A DNA stretch of 64,000 nt from an uncultured Thiotrichales bacterium (GCA_964617475.1 CAZTYM010000001.1:35339-99338), one strand, 5' to 3'. Positions 47,861-58,633 are shown, counted from the first letter of the stretch. Translations and numbers: made by a program. The notes: generated from the sequence alone by a model not told the origin.

Positions 47861-48051
47861 GATTCCTATCCTCCTTAGTACTGATATAGTGTTATAATTC
47901 TCGTTAGATGAAAAGCTCACCTATACTCATCATATAACCTTGCTGTATAGAAAACAATATCCCTCCTCTGGCTGATTACCCTTATAATAGCGAAGGATAT
48001 AGCCAAATCGTGCTGAGCTACTATTTGGGCCTAACAAATACTGAATAAACC

Positions 48052-48795
48052 ATGAAATCTCCTATAACAATCGTTCAGATTACCGATCTTCATCTCGGCG
48101 ATCAGCGAGGTGACAAATTATCGTCATGTGATTGCGATGCATCCTTATTAAAGGTGCTAAATCAAGTAAAACAAGAAGAATTTGATGGTTTGCTTATTAC
48201 AGGTGATATCGCAAATCACGGTGCGGTGGGTGCTTATCAACGTTTGAAAGAATATCTAGCAGAATTTGACTCAGAAAATGTCTATTTGTTACCGGGCAAT
48301 CATGATAACTGGAAAAATATTGAGCAAGTATTTGGTTACCAAAGCAGGCATATTTTGCTTGGTAACTGGCAAATCGTTTTGCTAGATTCCAATGATGGAA
48401 ATCATTATTACGGTCAACTATCGGAGCAAGAACTGCAGTTTCTTGAGCAAACCTTATCAAAGAATCAAGCAGAATACAGTTTAATTGCTTTGCATCACCA
48501 TCCAGTCACTATCGCCAGCCCATGGATGGATACCATGCAGGTCAAGAACAATGCCGAGTTTTTCGATATTATTGAACGTTTTAGTTCACCACGAGCCATA
48601 GTTTGGGGGCATATTCACCAAGAATTTGATGAATATCGCTCAGAGGTGAGGTTGTTGTCCTCGCCATCTACCTGTACGCAGTTTTTGCCGATGACTGAAA
48701 AGCACGAGAACGACTCTCGCCCACCCGGATATCGACAAATAGTATTGGCTACAGATGGTAGTATCAATACCAAGGTAATACGCCTAGCAAATTAA
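48052..48795 (+). CDS. cpdA: 3-prime,5-prime-cyclic-nucleotide phosphodiesterase CpdA/Icc (class III metallophosphoesterase)
   Basis: The metallophosphoesterase motif set is present (ITDLHLGD, GDIANHG, GNHDN, HHHP, GHIHQ). Confidence 0.8.
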   Translation: MKSPITIVQITDLHLGDQRGDKLSSCDCDASLLKVLNQVKQEEFDGLLITGDIANHGAVGAYQRLKEYLAEFDSENVYLLPGNHDNWKNIEQVFGYQSRHILLGNWQIVLLDSNDGNHYYGQLSEQELQFLEQTLSKNQAEYSLIALHHHPVTIASPWMDTMQVKNNAEFFDIIERFSSPRAIVWGHIHQEFDEYRSEVRLLSSPSTCTQFLPMTEKHENDSRPPGYRQIVLATDGSINTKVIRLAN

Positions 48796-48812
48796 TTGGA
48801 GTAAAAGCAGTA

Positions 48813-49244
48813 ATGATTGTCGTAAAACGAGCATTTTTAATCGGCTTAGGTTTGAGCGTTGCGCTTACAGCACAAGCATTAGAATTTGAGTCTGGTGAAT
48901 GGGAGACACAAGCTCGTTTTGAAGTGAATGGTGGACTTTTACCTGTGCCACCGATTATTTCAGAAAAATGTCTTACTCCAGAGGACCCCATTCCCAATAC
49001 CGTAGCGAATAAGACTAACTGCGTTATTTCAGATGTTACTAAGAATGATCAAGAAGTAGGTTGGGTATTACATTGTGATGATAAAAAAGGCAGCCTTCAT
49101 GGTGTTGGCAAACTTACTTTTGAAGAGAAAGCATTTGCCGGTGTGATGGATATGGAAATTAGAGACGACGACGGCGAGTTAGAGAATAAACATAGTTTTC
49201 GCATGGAAGGTAAACGAAAAGGCGATTGCAAAGAACCAAGGTAA
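48813..49244 (+). CDS. Hypothetical secreted protein (signal peptide; DUF3617-like?)
   Basis: An N-terminal signal peptide is present (LIGLGLSVALTAQA). The remainder is a Cys-containing small domain. Confidence 0.5.
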   Translation: MIVVKRAFLIGLGLSVALTAQALEFESGEWETQARFEVNGGLLPVPPIISEKCLTPEDPIPNTVANKTNCVISDVTKNDQEVGWVLHCDDKKGSLHGVGKLTFEEKAFAGVMDMEIRDDDGELENKHSFRMEGKRKGDCKEPR

Positions 49245-49252
49245 AATAAGCA

Positions 49253-49867
49253 ATGGACGCATCACTTGCTTTACTCATCATTGCCTGGGTGGCTTATTTA
49301 GCTGTTCACTCATGGTTAGCAACAAATTCAGTTAAGCAAGGTATTCAAGGTCGTTTTCATTTCACTAGCCAGCAATATAGATTGCTTTACGTCATATTTG
49401 CTAGCGTCTCACTATTGCCCGTAGTCTATTTAATAATCATTCCAACAAGCGAATCATTATGGCAGCATCAGGGGATTGTAAAAATACTATTAGATGGTTT
49501 GTCAGTACTTGCATTAGTCGGTTTTATACTAGTTGCACGCAGCTACAATATGATGAGTTTTATGGGTGTAACCAGTGAATTAGATAAAGATAGTTTCAAG
49601 ATATCGTGGCTTCATCGTTTTGTCCGTCATCCATGGTATTTCTTTGGCCTAATTATTATCTGGTCTAGAGATATGAATACCGCATGGCTGGTGAGCTGTA
49701 TTTGTATCACAGCTTACTTGATAATCGGTTCTCGCTTAGAAGACAATAAATTAATAGAACAATACGGCGCACGTTACCAAACTTACAAAGAAAAAATACC
49801 GGGCTTAATAGCAATACCAGGTTGCTACTTATCTCGCCAAGAAGTAGATAAAATTGAATCCATGTAA
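49253..49867 (+). CDS. Membrane methyltransferase-family protein (ICMT/PEMT/NnrU-like)
   Basis: It is polytopic with a C-terminal RHPWYF...E...LEDNKLIEQYGARYQTYKEKIPGLI motif, as in isoprenylcysteine/phospholipid methyltransferases. Confidence 0.5.
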   Translation: MDASLALLIIAWVAYLAVHSWLATNSVKQGIQGRFHFTSQQYRLLYVIFASVSLLPVVYLIIIPTSESLWQHQGIVKILLDGLSVLALVGFILVARSYNMMSFMGVTSELDKDSFKISWLHRFVRHPWYFFGLIIIWSRDMNTAWLVSCICITAYLIIGSRLEDNKLIEQYGARYQTYKEKIPGLIAIPGCYLSRQEVDKIESM

Positions 49868-49884
49868 ATTATGCAGAGGCTAAA

Positions 49885-50229
49885 ATGAACGATTGCCTAT
49901 TTTGTAAATTGATTGCAGGTGAAATTCCTGCCGATGTCGTTTATCAAGACGACGATGTTTTCGCGTTTAAAGATATCGCACCACAAGCGCCTGTACATAT
50001 ACTGGTCATCCCCAAAGAACATATCGCTACCATTAATGATGCTAACGAAGAACATCAAGCCTTATTAGGTAAGATGATGCTAACCGCAAAAAAAATTGCC
50101 AAAGACCAAGGTTTGGCAGAAAACGGCTATCGTTTAGTCATTAACTGCAATGAAGACGGTGGACAAACGGTTTACCACTTGCATATGCATATACTGGGTG
50201 GCCGCAGTATGGCCTGGCCACCAGGTTAA
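49885..50229 (+). CDS. HIT-family (histidine triad) nucleotide hydrolase
   Basis: It has CLFCKLIAGEIPA..., the HLHMHILGG histidine triad, and is 114 aa. Confidence 0.9.
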   Translation: MNDCLFCKLIAGEIPADVVYQDDDVFAFKDIAPQAPVHILVIPKEHIATINDANEEHQALLGKMMLTAKKIAKDQGLAENGYRLVINCNEDGGQTVYHLHMHILGGRSMAWPPG

Positions 50230-50232
50230 ATT

Positions 50233-50715
50233 GTGAAGCCGGAGCAACAAAAAGCTATAGCAACGTTAATCCGCTCACAACGTTGGGCAGGCTTGGCCAC
50301 AGCCGATGAAAACGGCGCGCCGCAGGCAGCCATGGTGGCGTATGCATTTAACAGCAAATTCACCGAGTTTTATATCCACGTTAGTCAACTCTCCCAGCAC
50401 ACAAAACAAATGTTGGCGCAAGCAAAAATATCGCTAGTGATAAGTGAGCCTGACATAGGGGAAGGCGACCCACAAACCCTAGCCAGGCTTAGCATAAGTG
50501 GCCTTGTCAGTATTATTGAACGCGACAGCCGAGAATATGAGGCAGCTAAACTTGCTTATCTCAATCGTTTGCCTACAGCCGAACAACTCTTTGGTTTTGG
50601 TGATTTCGTTTTGTTTGCATTAGCACCAGAGTCTATACGTTTTGTCGGTGGCTTTGCCCAAGCACATAGCGGTACGAATAAAACTCTAGAAGCCTGCGCT
50701 AAGCTAGAGATTTAA
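50233..50715 (+). CDS. Pyridoxamine 5-prime-phosphate oxidase-like FMN-binding split-barrel protein
   Basis: General PNPOx-like features are present (WAGLATADENGAPQAAMVAY). The assignment is moderate. Confidence 0.5.
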   Translation: MKPEQQKAIATLIRSQRWAGLATADENGAPQAAMVAYAFNSKFTEFYIHVSQLSQHTKQMLAQAKISLVISEPDIGEGDPQTLARLSISGLVSIIERDSREYEAAKLAYLNRLPTAEQLFGFGDFVLFALAPESIRFVGGFAQAHSGTNKTLEACAKLEI

Positions 50716-50717
50716 TA

Positions 50718-50969
50718 GTGAACCAAAAATACACCTTATATTATTATGCCACTTGTCCGTTTTGTGTCAGAGTGCGTATGGCGCTTAAACGTATGCGTAT
50801 CAAAATTCCTCTCAAAAATATTCGCGAAAATAAGTTATACGAAAAAGAACTCATCGCCGGTGGTGGCAAAAGACAAGTACCGTGTTTACGCATTAATGAA
50901 AATGGCAGTATTAAATGGCTATATGAGTCAGCGGATATTGTTCGGTATTTTAGGGAGAAGTATGCGTGA
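50718..50969 (+). CDS. Glutaredoxin-family small protein
   Basis: A CPFC active-site motif sits in an 83-aa thioredoxin-fold protein (YTLYYYATCPFCVRV...VPCLRIN). Confidence 0.75.
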   Translation: MNQKYTLYYYATCPFCVRVRMALKRMRIKIPLKNIRENKLYEKELIAGGGKRQVPCLRINENGSIKWLYESADIVRYFREKYA

Positions 50970-51025
50970 ATTTTTTTGGATCATATACGATTAGCTATTC
51001 TGTAATAATAGTTATGTGAGTAAAC

Positions 51026-51418
51026 GTGTTCATAAAAACTGCATTTTCTTCTAATAAATCAAATACCTCTTACTCTGCGATGGGGAATTGCCAGATAGAG
51101 TTTTTTGATATAGAGGGTGAAAGGTATTTTTCGGCATACACATGCTCAGGCTCTGGTGAACATGGTGCTGGAATACGCGAAACTTGTTTTAAGCTTAAGG
51201 ACGTGTATATAACCAGTATGAAAGGGGGTGGATATCAACTAATACATGGTAAAACTACATATAAATTCACTCTTATTGAGAACAAAAATCAAATAAAAGG
51301 TGAATTGACACAATACTTATTTAAGTGGTTACCGTATCAACGATTTAAAGGTAATCTTAGCCATGCTGGTTTAGCTATTATAAAGCGAGAATTTGATTCT
51401 TATATAAGTACAAAATAA
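51026..51418 (+). CDS. Hypothetical protein (130 aa) in an AT-rich segment
   Basis: This is an ORF with no recognised motifs. The gene and both flanking intergenic regions are distinctly AT-rich. Confidence 0.4.
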   Translation: MFIKTAFSSNKSNTSYSAMGNCQIEFFDIEGERYFSAYTCSGSGEHGAGIRETCFKLKDVYITSMKGGGYQLIHGKTTYKFTLIENKNQIKGELTQYLFKWLPYQRFKGNLSHAGLAIIKREFDSYISTK

Positions 51419-51541
51419 AATTACTTAACTAAAACAGTTATGATTAGTTAAGATACTACTACATTGCTTTTATTTTAACTGGTTCATAATGAGTAACCGC
51501 TATTCACTACTGTAATAACAGTTACTCTTCAAATCTAATTG

Positions 51542-53122
51542 CTAGGCGGCTTGCTTTTCTGGTATTTCCTCAGGTTCTGGACTGCGGATAAGGTAGTCAA
51601 AAGCGCTAAGAGCAGCAGTGGAACCTGCACCCATGGCAATAATGATTTGCTTGTACGGCACGGTAGTAACATCTCCAGCGGCCATGACGCCTGGCATAGA
51701 GGTTTGGCCGCGTTCATCGATGATGATTTCACCATATTGGCTTAGCTCAATATCGTCTTTGAGGAATTCGGTATTAGGTACTAAACCAATTTGCACGAAG
51801 ACACCCGCGAGATCAACGCGATGTGATTCGCCAGTAGTGCGGTCGGTATAATTCAAACCATCAACACGCTGGCCATCGCCCAAGACTTCTGTCGTTTGGG
51901 CATTCATAATGATGTCGATGTTTTTAATTGAGCGCGCTTTGCGTTGTAAAACCTCGTCGGCAATTAGGCGGTCTGTAAACTCTAAAACGGTGACGTGCTC
52001 AACAATACCGGCAAGATCAATCGCGGCTTCGATACCTGAGTTACCACCACCGATGACAGCAACACGCTTACCTTTGAATAGCGGACCATCGCAATGCGGA
52101 CAATAAGCCACACCTTTGCCTCGATATTCTTGTTCGCCTGGTACATTCATTTCACGCCAACGCGCACCCGTCGCTAAAATAACGGAGCGACTTTTTAGTG
52201 TGGCACCATTTTCGAGGGTGACTTCTACTAATTCATTACGGCTTAATTTGGCCGCTTTTTGGCCTTTGATTAAATCAACATCGTAATCGAGCACATGTTG
52301 TTCCAGGTTAGCAACCAGTTTAGGGCCTTCGGTTTCTTTGACTGAAATGAAATTTTCAATGGCCATGGTATCCATAACCTGACCACCAAAACGGTCAGCT
52401 ACAACGCCGGTACGAATACCCTTACGCGCAGAATAAATGGCTGCAGACGCACCGGCGGGGCCGCCGCCGACAATCAATACATCGTAAGGATCTTTGTCAG
52501 CCAACGCTTCGGCTTGCTTATCCGCCGCACCGGTATCGACTTTATTTAAGATGTCCTCAATACCCATACGGCCTTGGCTGAATACTTCACCGTTTAAATA
52601 AATAGAAGGCACCGCCATGATGTCGCGTGCTTCTACTTCTTCTTTAAACAAACCGCCGTCAATCATGGTGTGCTTAACTTTTGGGTTTAGCACAGCCATG
52701 AGGTTTAAGGCCTGAACGACTTCAGGACAGTTTTGGCATGAAAGAGAAATATAGGTTTCGAATTTGAGTTCGGCATCAAGTGTTTTAATTTGATCTTGAA
52801 TGGCTTGCTCAACTTTAGCAGGGTGGCCACCGCTTTGCAGCAGCGCTAATACAAGCGAAGTAAATTCGTGACCCATTGGTATACCAGCAAACTCCACACG
52901 TGGAGTTTCGCCTTGTGCGCCAATAGCCATAGAGGGTTGACGACCGCTCGGGGTGCTGCCTTCGCTTAAACTAATTTTATCTGATAGCTCGGCGATTTCT
53001 TTCGCCAAGCTTAATAATTCTTGTGCTTTCGCACTGTCATTAGTGGACACAGTAATCTCAATCGGATTAACGAGATTTTTCAAGTATGTGTCCAACTGTT
53101 GTTTAATTGCTGTGTCTAACAT
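51542..53122 (-). CDS. ahpF: Alkyl hydroperoxide reductase subunit F (AhpF)
   Basis: An N-terminal double thioredoxin-fold region is followed by an FAD/NAD(P)H disulfide reductase domain with GGGPAG and CPHCDG motifs. It is 526 aa. Confidence 0.95.
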   Translation of the reverse strand: MLDTAIKQQLDTYLKNLVNPIEITVSTNDSAKAQELLSLAKEIAELSDKISLSEGSTPSGRQPSMAIGAQGETPRVEFAGIPMGHEFTSLVLALLQSGGHPAKVEQAIQDQIKTLDAELKFETYISLSCQNCPEVVQALNLMAVLNPKVKHTMIDGGLFKEEVEARDIMAVPSIYLNGEVFSQGRMGIEDILNKVDTGAADKQAEALADKDPYDVLIVGGGPAGASAAIYSARKGIRTGVVADRFGGQVMDTMAIENFISVKETEGPKLVANLEQHVLDYDVDLIKGQKAAKLSRNELVEVTLENGATLKSRSVILATGARWREMNVPGEQEYRGKGVAYCPHCDGPLFKGKRVAVIGGGNSGIEAAIDLAGIVEHVTVLEFTDRLIADEVLQRKARSIKNIDIIMNAQTTEVLGDGQRVDGLNYTDRTTGESHRVDLAGVFVQIGLVPNTEFLKDDIELSQYGEIIIDERGQTSMPGVMAAGDVTTVPYKQIIIAMGAGSTAALSAFDYLIRSPEPEEIPEKQAA

Positions 53123-53164
53123 GATTTAAATCCTTATCGATAAATTGTGATAGGAGAGAAGTAA

Positions 53165-53188
53165 GCCAGCGAGGAGAGAGTCGCTGGC
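53165..53188 (-). terminator. ahpC-ahpF intergenic stem-loop (partial terminator/attenuator)
   Basis: The stem gccagcga pairs with tcgctggc around an 8-nt loop (perfect 8-bp stem), followed by a U-rich tail in the transcribed (minus) direction. Confidence 0.5.
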
Positions 53189-53208
53189 CTACTACGCTCT
53201 ATACCGGC

Positions 53209-53772
53209 TTAGATTTTGCCAACTAGGTCTAGTGAAGGCGCTAAGGTTTCTTCACCTTCTTTCCAAGCTGCTGGGCAAACTTCACCTGGGTTGGCTGCAA
53301 CGTACTGAGCAGCCTTGACTTTGTTCAGTAAGTTTTCAGCATCACGGCCAATACCTTCAGCGGTGATTTCCATTGCTTGAATGACACCTTCTGGATCGAT
53401 CAGGAAAGTACCGCGATCAGCCAGGCCTTGACCTTCGCGCATGACTTCAAAGTTACGCGTAATTTCACCTGTAGGATCACCAATCATGGTGTATTGGATC
53501 TTACCAATCGTTTCAGATGAATCATGCCAAGCTTTGTGCGTGAAATGCGTATCAGTGGAGACTGAAAAAATTTCTACACCACGTTTTTGGAATTCATCAT
53601 AATAATCAGCTAGGTCGCCAAGTTCCGTTGGACAAACAAAGGTGAAATCAGCAGGGTAGAAAAAGAATACTGCCCATTTACCTTTTACGTCTGCGTCGGT
53701 AATGTCGAAAAACTCACCTTCTTTAAAAGCACTGGCTTTAAAAGGCTTGATTTGCGTATTGACTAGTGCCAT
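53209..53772 (-). CDS. ahpC: Peroxiredoxin AhpC
   Basis: It is a 2-Cys peroxiredoxin of 187 aa (FVCPTELGD peroxidatic Cys, VCPAAW resolving Cys). Confidence 0.95.
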   Translation of the reverse strand: MALVNTQIKPFKASAFKEGEFFDITDADVKGKWAVFFFYPADFTFVCPTELGDLADYYDEFQKRGVEIFSVSTDTHFTHKAWHDSSETIGKIQYTMIGDPTGEITRNFEVMREGQGLADRGTFLIDPEGVIQAMEITAEGIGRDAENLLNKVKAAQYVAANPGEVCPAAWKEGEETLAPSLDLVGKI

Positions 53773-53998
53773 GGATTTGATCTCCTTGAAATGTTAAGAA
53801 AAAAGCTCAAAAAAGTGTTTACGTTAGCCATATTAATAAAAGCTATAGAAAAATAGAAATCGATTGTTTTAATCAGACTAATAGGCTTGATCTATAGCAA
53901 GTTGTTAGCTCTCTAACTGGCCATGTTTTCGGCAAAACAAGCAGAATGAGTTTTATACTTGCTATCCGAGTCGCACTAACTGAACGAGAAAGCGGATA

Positions 53999-54376
53999 AT
54001 GATCACCCCGATTTACGCAGCAGTATTAGGACTTATCTTTGTTGCTTTGAGTTTTCGCACCATTAAGTTGCGCCGTACGAAGAAGATCGGTATTGGCGTA
54101 AGCAACGACGAGGAAATGACACGTGCAATGCGTGTGCACGCTAATTTTGCCGAGTATGTACCGCTAGCGCTGCTGCTGATGTTCTTTCTGGAATCACTGG
54201 TCGCTACGCAAATTTTGATACATATATTAGGCGTAGTGCTGATAATGGGCCGATTGATTCATGCCTACGGTGTTAGCCAGGTTAATGAGAATTATAGATT
54301 TCGCGTTACAGGTATGTTTTTAACGTTTGCGGTGATTATCTCCGCTTCGATGAGGATTTTAGTCAACTATTTATAG
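53999..54376 (+). CDS. MAPEG-family membrane protein
   Basis: It is 125 aa with 3-4 TM segments and the MAPEG pattern (RAMRVHANFAEYVPL). Confidence 0.7.
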   Translation: MITPIYAAVLGLIFVALSFRTIKLRRTKKIGIGVSNDEEMTRAMRVHANFAEYVPLALLLMFFLESLVATQILIHILGVVLIMGRLIHAYGVSQVNENYRFRVTGMFLTFAVIISASMRILVNYL

Positions 54377-54440
54377 CGATGTACCTATATGTGAAAAGAG
54401 GATTACAATAGGGGCTGAAAAATAACTATAGGGAACAACG

Positions 54441-55370
54441 ATGCGTTGGAGGGGGAACAGAAGAAGCACCAACATCGAAGATCGGCGTGGTTCACGTGCT
54501 GCGCGCGTTGGAGGGCTTGGTGGCCTAGCTGGACGCGGCGGTGGTTTGCTGCGTTTATTACCGCTTGCCGTTAAATTTCTTGGTGTAAAAGGAACGGTTA
54601 TCGCTGCGGTAGTCATTGTTGGTGGCTTGGCCTTAACGGGTAACTTGGGCAATGTTGTGTCTTTACTTGTCGGTGGTGAAGCGCCTACATCTTCGCAGAC
54701 ACCTTCTCAGCCCGGGCCGATTAAACAGACGGCCGAAGAAAAAGAGCTAGTGGATTTTGTTTCAACCGTGTTAGCGGATACGGAAGATACCTGGAAGCCC
54801 ATCTTTGCCCAACAGGGTATGACCTATAAAGAACCCAAGTTGGTTTTATTTCGCGATGTAGTGCGTTCAGCATGCGGTACCGCGCAGTCTGCCGTTGGGC
54901 CATTTTATTGTCCAGCAGATAAGCAGGTATACATTGACCTCGGTTTTTTTGATCAGTTACGCCAGCAATTCAAAGCGCCCGGCGATTTTGCACAAGCCTA
55001 TGTTATCGCGCATGAAGTGGGACACCACATTCAAACTTTGTTAGGTATATCTAATAAGGTACATGCTGCCAGGCGCCAGTTAAGCGAAGAAGAGGGAAAC
55101 AAGTTGTCTGTTAAGCAAGAATTGCAAGCAGATTGTTTGGCCGGCGTCTGGGCCAACCATGCACATCGGTCGAGGCAGCTTTTAGAAGAAGGTGACATTG
55201 AAGAAGGGCTGAGAGCGGCAGCTGCGATAGGTGACGATACAATACAAAAGAAATCGCGTGGATATGTGACACCAGAAACTTTTACCCATGGTAGTTCTGC
55301 ACAACGCGTGAAATGGTTTAAGGTTGGCCTTAAAACTGGTGATATGCAAAATTGCGATACGTTTAGTTAG
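54441..55370 (+). CDS. YpfJ-family putative zinc metalloprotease
   Basis: Gly/Arg-rich N-terminus followed by a TM segment. The C-terminal domain carries HEVGHH. Confidence 0.8.
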   Translation: MRWRGNRRSTNIEDRRGSRAARVGGLGGLAGRGGGLLRLLPLAVKFLGVKGTVIAAVVIVGGLALTGNLGNVVSLLVGGEAPTSSQTPSQPGPIKQTAEEKELVDFVSTVLADTEDTWKPIFAQQGMTYKEPKLVLFRDVVRSACGTAQSAVGPFYCPADKQVYIDLGFFDQLRQQFKAPGDFAQAYVIAHEVGHHIQTLLGISNKVHAARRQLSEEEGNKLSVKQELQADCLAGVWANHAHRSRQLLEEGDIEEGLRAAAAIGDDTIQKKSRGYVTPETFTHGSSAQRVKWFKVGLKTGDMQNCDTFS

Positions 55371-55382
55371 TGTTAGTAAGCC

Positions 55383-55679
55383 GTGGGGCTGCCTAAGAAA
55401 AAAAGCCGAAAGATTATTGTTGATAATATTGCGTATCGTTGGCTAGCGAGCGGTAAAGCTGATGGTATTGATATCTATGTCGAGCTCTATGAGCAACCTG
55501 CTAGCCTACTTAGGAGCCGCGTAAAATATGATAGTGGAGGGCGGCAACAAATCGCGGTAACACCCGCATCTATTGAGTTACTGATACGAGATGCGGTGAG
55601 CAGAGGCTGGAGTGCTCATTTAACTGGCCCTGATTTTATGGGATATTTTCCAATAACATCTACAAAGGAAGTGATGTGA
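55383..55679 (+). CDS. Hypothetical protein (98 aa)
   Basis: This is an ORF with no recognised motifs. Its stop overlaps the start of the following amidohydrolase gene. Confidence 0.4.
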   Translation: MGLPKKKSRKIIVDNIAYRWLASGKADGIDIYVELYEQPASLLRSRVKYDSGGRQQIAVTPASIELLIRDAVSRGWSAHLTGPDFMGYFPITSTKEVM

Positions 55680-56767
55680 AAATTATAAAAAAAATTGTTT
55701 TCACGATAGCCCTTGTTGCTGGTGTTGTTTTTTTGCTCTATCAGTTTATTCCTTCAGTTGAAGAAAAATCATTATTACCTCTATCTGACAAATCGATCAT
55801 CGATGCGCATGTTCATGTTGCCGGCTTGGGATATGGTGACTCCGGTTGTTTTATAAATGATGAAATGCGAAATAACTTTCGGTTTCCATTTTATCTTATG
55901 GCTATGGGAGTGAGTGAAGCACAGTTGGAAGAAAAAGGCGATCGCATACTATTTGATTTGATCAGCAAATCGATTAGAAGCTCTCAGTCTATTGGTAAAG
56001 CAATTATTCTCGCTATGGACGGGGTGGTGCGCGATGGTGAATTAGATAAAAGTGCTACCCAAATTTATGTTCCTAATGACTATGTCTATGAAGAAACATT
56101 AAAAACAGACAATCTATTATTTGGCGCAAGCATAAACCCTTATCGTCCCGATGCCATTGAGCGATTGCGGCAGGTTCATAAACAAGGCGCGGTGCTGATT
56201 AAATGGATACCTTCAATTATGGATATCGATCCTGCAGATCAAGCCATTACCGCTTTTTACGAAGAAATGGCCGCGCTTGATATCCCATTGTTGACCCATA
56301 CGGGTATGGAAAAATCCTTTAGCATGGCTAAGGACGAGTTGGCAGACCCATTACGTCTTACTCTACCATTGGAGTTAGGTGTGAGGGTCATAGCGGCCCA
56401 CATAGCGACGACAGGGGAATCAGACGGGCAAGATAATTTCGAACGTATTTTGCCTATGTTTCGGCAGTATCCCAATTTATTTGCTGATGTTTCCAGTTTG
56501 ACTCAGTTTAATAAGCTAGGCTATCTGAAAAAGGCGCTTGCTATAAAAGAGTTAGAGAATCGGCTTATATATGGCACAGACTGGCCGCTTCAGTTTTTTC
56601 CTGTAGTTTCTCCTTGGTATCACCTGGATCAAATTTCTTTTGCTGAGGCAAAAGCGATACAAAGTATAGGTAATCAGTGGGATAGAGACGTGGCATTGAA
56701 AGTTGCAATGGGCGTTGATAAAAGCCATTTTTATCTAGGAAATAACTTTTTTAACGATGCGCATTAG
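55676..56767 (+). CDS. Amidohydrolase-family metal-dependent hydrolase (secreted or membrane-anchored)
   Basis: An N-terminal hydrophobic segment is followed by a DAHVHV metal-binding motif and a TIM-barrel-like remainder. Confidence 0.65.
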   Translation: MKIIKKIVFTIALVAGVVFLLYQFIPSVEEKSLLPLSDKSIIDAHVHVAGLGYGDSGCFINDEMRNNFRFPFYLMAMGVSEAQLEEKGDRILFDLISKSIRSSQSIGKAIILAMDGVVRDGELDKSATQIYVPNDYVYEETLKTDNLLFGASINPYRPDAIERLRQVHKQGAVLIKWIPSIMDIDPADQAITAFYEEMAALDIPLLTHTGMEKSFSMAKDELADPLRLTLPLELGVRVIAAHIATTGESDGQDNFERILPMFRQYPNLFADVSSLTQFNKLGYLKKALAIKELENRLIYGTDWPLQFFPVVSPWYHLDQISFAEAKAIQSIGNQWDRDVALKVAMGVDKSHFYLGNNFFNDAH

Positions 56768-57050
56768 TTTATTAATCAGCTTGGCATTGTTGCTACCCAT
56801 ACCGGTAAGCGCTATTTTTGTAGATGTAGTCTATCAGCGTCCAAATGATTGCAAAGAGCTTGGTGAAGTCAGCGTAACGGACGTGACTGATCAGCAGCTT
56901 GCGATAGATAAGCTGGCGAGTAGAGTCAAACGAGAGCGAGGAGATACTTTACTTGTGTTGGAGATTACGCCATACGAAGTGCTTATCGACCATAAACGAA
57001 TCCGAACGCGCTACGATAGTAAAGGACTGGCTTTTGACTGTGATCGATAG
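56757..57050 (+). CDS. Hypothetical secreted protein (97 aa)
   Basis: A signal peptide (LLISLALLLPIPVSA) is followed by a small domain. Confidence 0.45.
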   Translation: MRISLLISLALLLPIPVSAIFVDVVYQRPNDCKELGEVSVTDVTDQQLAIDKLASRVKRERGDTLLVLEITPYEVLIDHKRIRTRYDSKGLAFDCDR

Positions 57051-57208
57051 AATCAGAGTTTATTCGTTCATTCCGTCTATATCCTCTAATTTTCCATCGT
57101 TTTCTTAAGTTTAGCCACTATATCCCGATATTAGAGGGGTTGGCTTTTTTGCGTAGCGTGGAAAGATACAGAGGTTTATGACGGCCACAATACGCTGAAC
57201 TTCTCAAG

Positions 57209-58633
57209 GTGTTACCGATGGATTTGGATGTAACCTTGCTTTCACGGATACAGTTTGCGTTTACTGTATCGTTTCACATTATTTTCCCGACACTGTCGCT
57301 AGGTCTCGCATTATTGCTTGCGATCATCGAAGGCTTGTGGCTAAAAACAGGTAAAGAAGTCTATTACTTTCTTTATCGATTCTGGGTAAAGATTTTTGCC
57401 TTAACCTTTGGTATGGGCGTGGTATCTGGAATTGTTCTATCTTTCGAATTTGGCACTAACTTTAGTCGTTTTGCCGAATTTGCGGGTCCTGTCTTAGGGC
57501 CATTAATCAGCGTTGAAGTTCTCACGGCTTTTTTCCTAGAAGCAGGTTTTTTAGGTGTCATGTTGTTTGGTTGGACGAAAGTCGGGCCGCGTTTGCATTT
57601 CGTTGCGACCTTATTGGTGATGCTAGGCACAATGAACTCCGCATTTTGGATAATTGCAGCTAATTCATGGATGCATACGCCGGCGGGTGTGGTGGTAGAG
57701 TCAGGTCGCGTGATTGTCGAAAGCTGGTGGGAGGTTATCTTTAACCCATCATTTCCTTATCGTTATTTTCATATGCTGTTTGCGTCCTATTTAACAGCAG
57801 CATCGGTCATGGCCGGAATATCAGCCTGGTATTTACTTAAACACCAACATATCAGCATCGCTAAAAAAGGTTTATCAATTGGTTTGTTAGGTATGATTAT
57901 TTTTGCGCCCACCCAAGCCTTTATTGGTGATATGAGTGGCCTACAAGTATTACGCGACCAACCGGCGAAAATAGCGGCAATGGAAGGAATATGGGAAACG
58001 AAAAAAGGCGTGCCTTTATTGTTGTTTGCTATTCCAAATGAGGAACAAGAGCGTAACGATTTTGAGATTGGTATTCCGAATTTAGCCAGTCTTATTTTAA
58101 CCCATGATATTGACGGTGAAATTAAAGGTTTGAAAGAACTTGCTCCAGAAGATAGGCCCAATGTTCCTATCGTTTTCTGGAGTTTTCGCTTAATGGTGGG
58201 TAGTGGCATATTATTAATATTAGTTGCGGTTTATGGTTTGTACTGCCGCTATCGCCATACACTCTATAGCAATCGCTATCTTCATATGGGCTGCGTGGCG
58301 GTGATTCCTCTAGGTTTTATTGCAACTTTAGCCGGTTGGTTTACAGCAGAAGTAGGGCGGCAACCTTATACCGTTCAAGGTTTATTACGTACTGCAGACA
58401 GTGTCTCACCTATAGAAGCATATTCTGTGGCTGTGTCGCTCACTTTATTTGTAGTGGTCTACACCATATTGTTTATTGCTTATCTCTATTATATGAATAA
58501 GTTACTACGTAAGGGGCCACGTTACGATCCACCTATTCATCAAGTTGTAAAAGAGATTGTTCCACCCACGCTTGATGATAGGGTTGATGGTGCATTTGTT
58601 CATCGTGAGGAGGTAAAACCGCATGGAGCTTGA
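57209..58633 (+). CDS. cydA: Cytochrome bd-type quinol oxidase subunit I (short Q-loop, CioA-like)
   Basis: It has nine TM helices and conserved heme-ligand regions. At 474 aa it is consistent with the short-Q-loop (cyanide-insensitive oxidase) subgroup. Confidence 0.9.
   Translation: MLPMDLDVTLLSRIQFAFTVSFHIIFPTLSLGLALLLAIIEGLWLKTGKEVYYFLYRFWVKIFALTFGMGVVSGIVLSFEFGTNFSRFAEFAGPVLGPLISVEVLTAFFLEAGFLGVMLFGWTKVGPRLHFVATLLVMLGTMNSAFWIIAANSWMHTPAGVVVESGRVIVESWWEVIFNPSFPYRYFHMLFASYLTAASVMAGISAWYLLKHQHISIAKKGLSIGLLGMIIFAPTQAFIGDMSGLQVLRDQPAKIAAMEGIWETKKGVPLLLFAIPNEEQERNDFEIGIPNLASLILTHDIDGEIKGLKELAPEDRPNVPIVFWSFRLMVGSGILLILVAVYGLYCRYRHTLYSNRYLHMGCVAVIPLGFIATLAGWFTAEVGRQPYTVQGLLRTADSVSPIEAYSVAVSLTLFVVVYTILFIAYLYYMNKLLRKGPRYDPPIHQVVKEIVPPTLDDRVDGAFVHREEVKPHGA

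Noticed and set aside
50746-50994. 82-aa ORF overlapping the glutaredoxin-like gene in a different frame
   Set aside because: The glutaredoxin frame carries a clear CPFC thioredoxin-fold motif. The alternative frame has no motifs.
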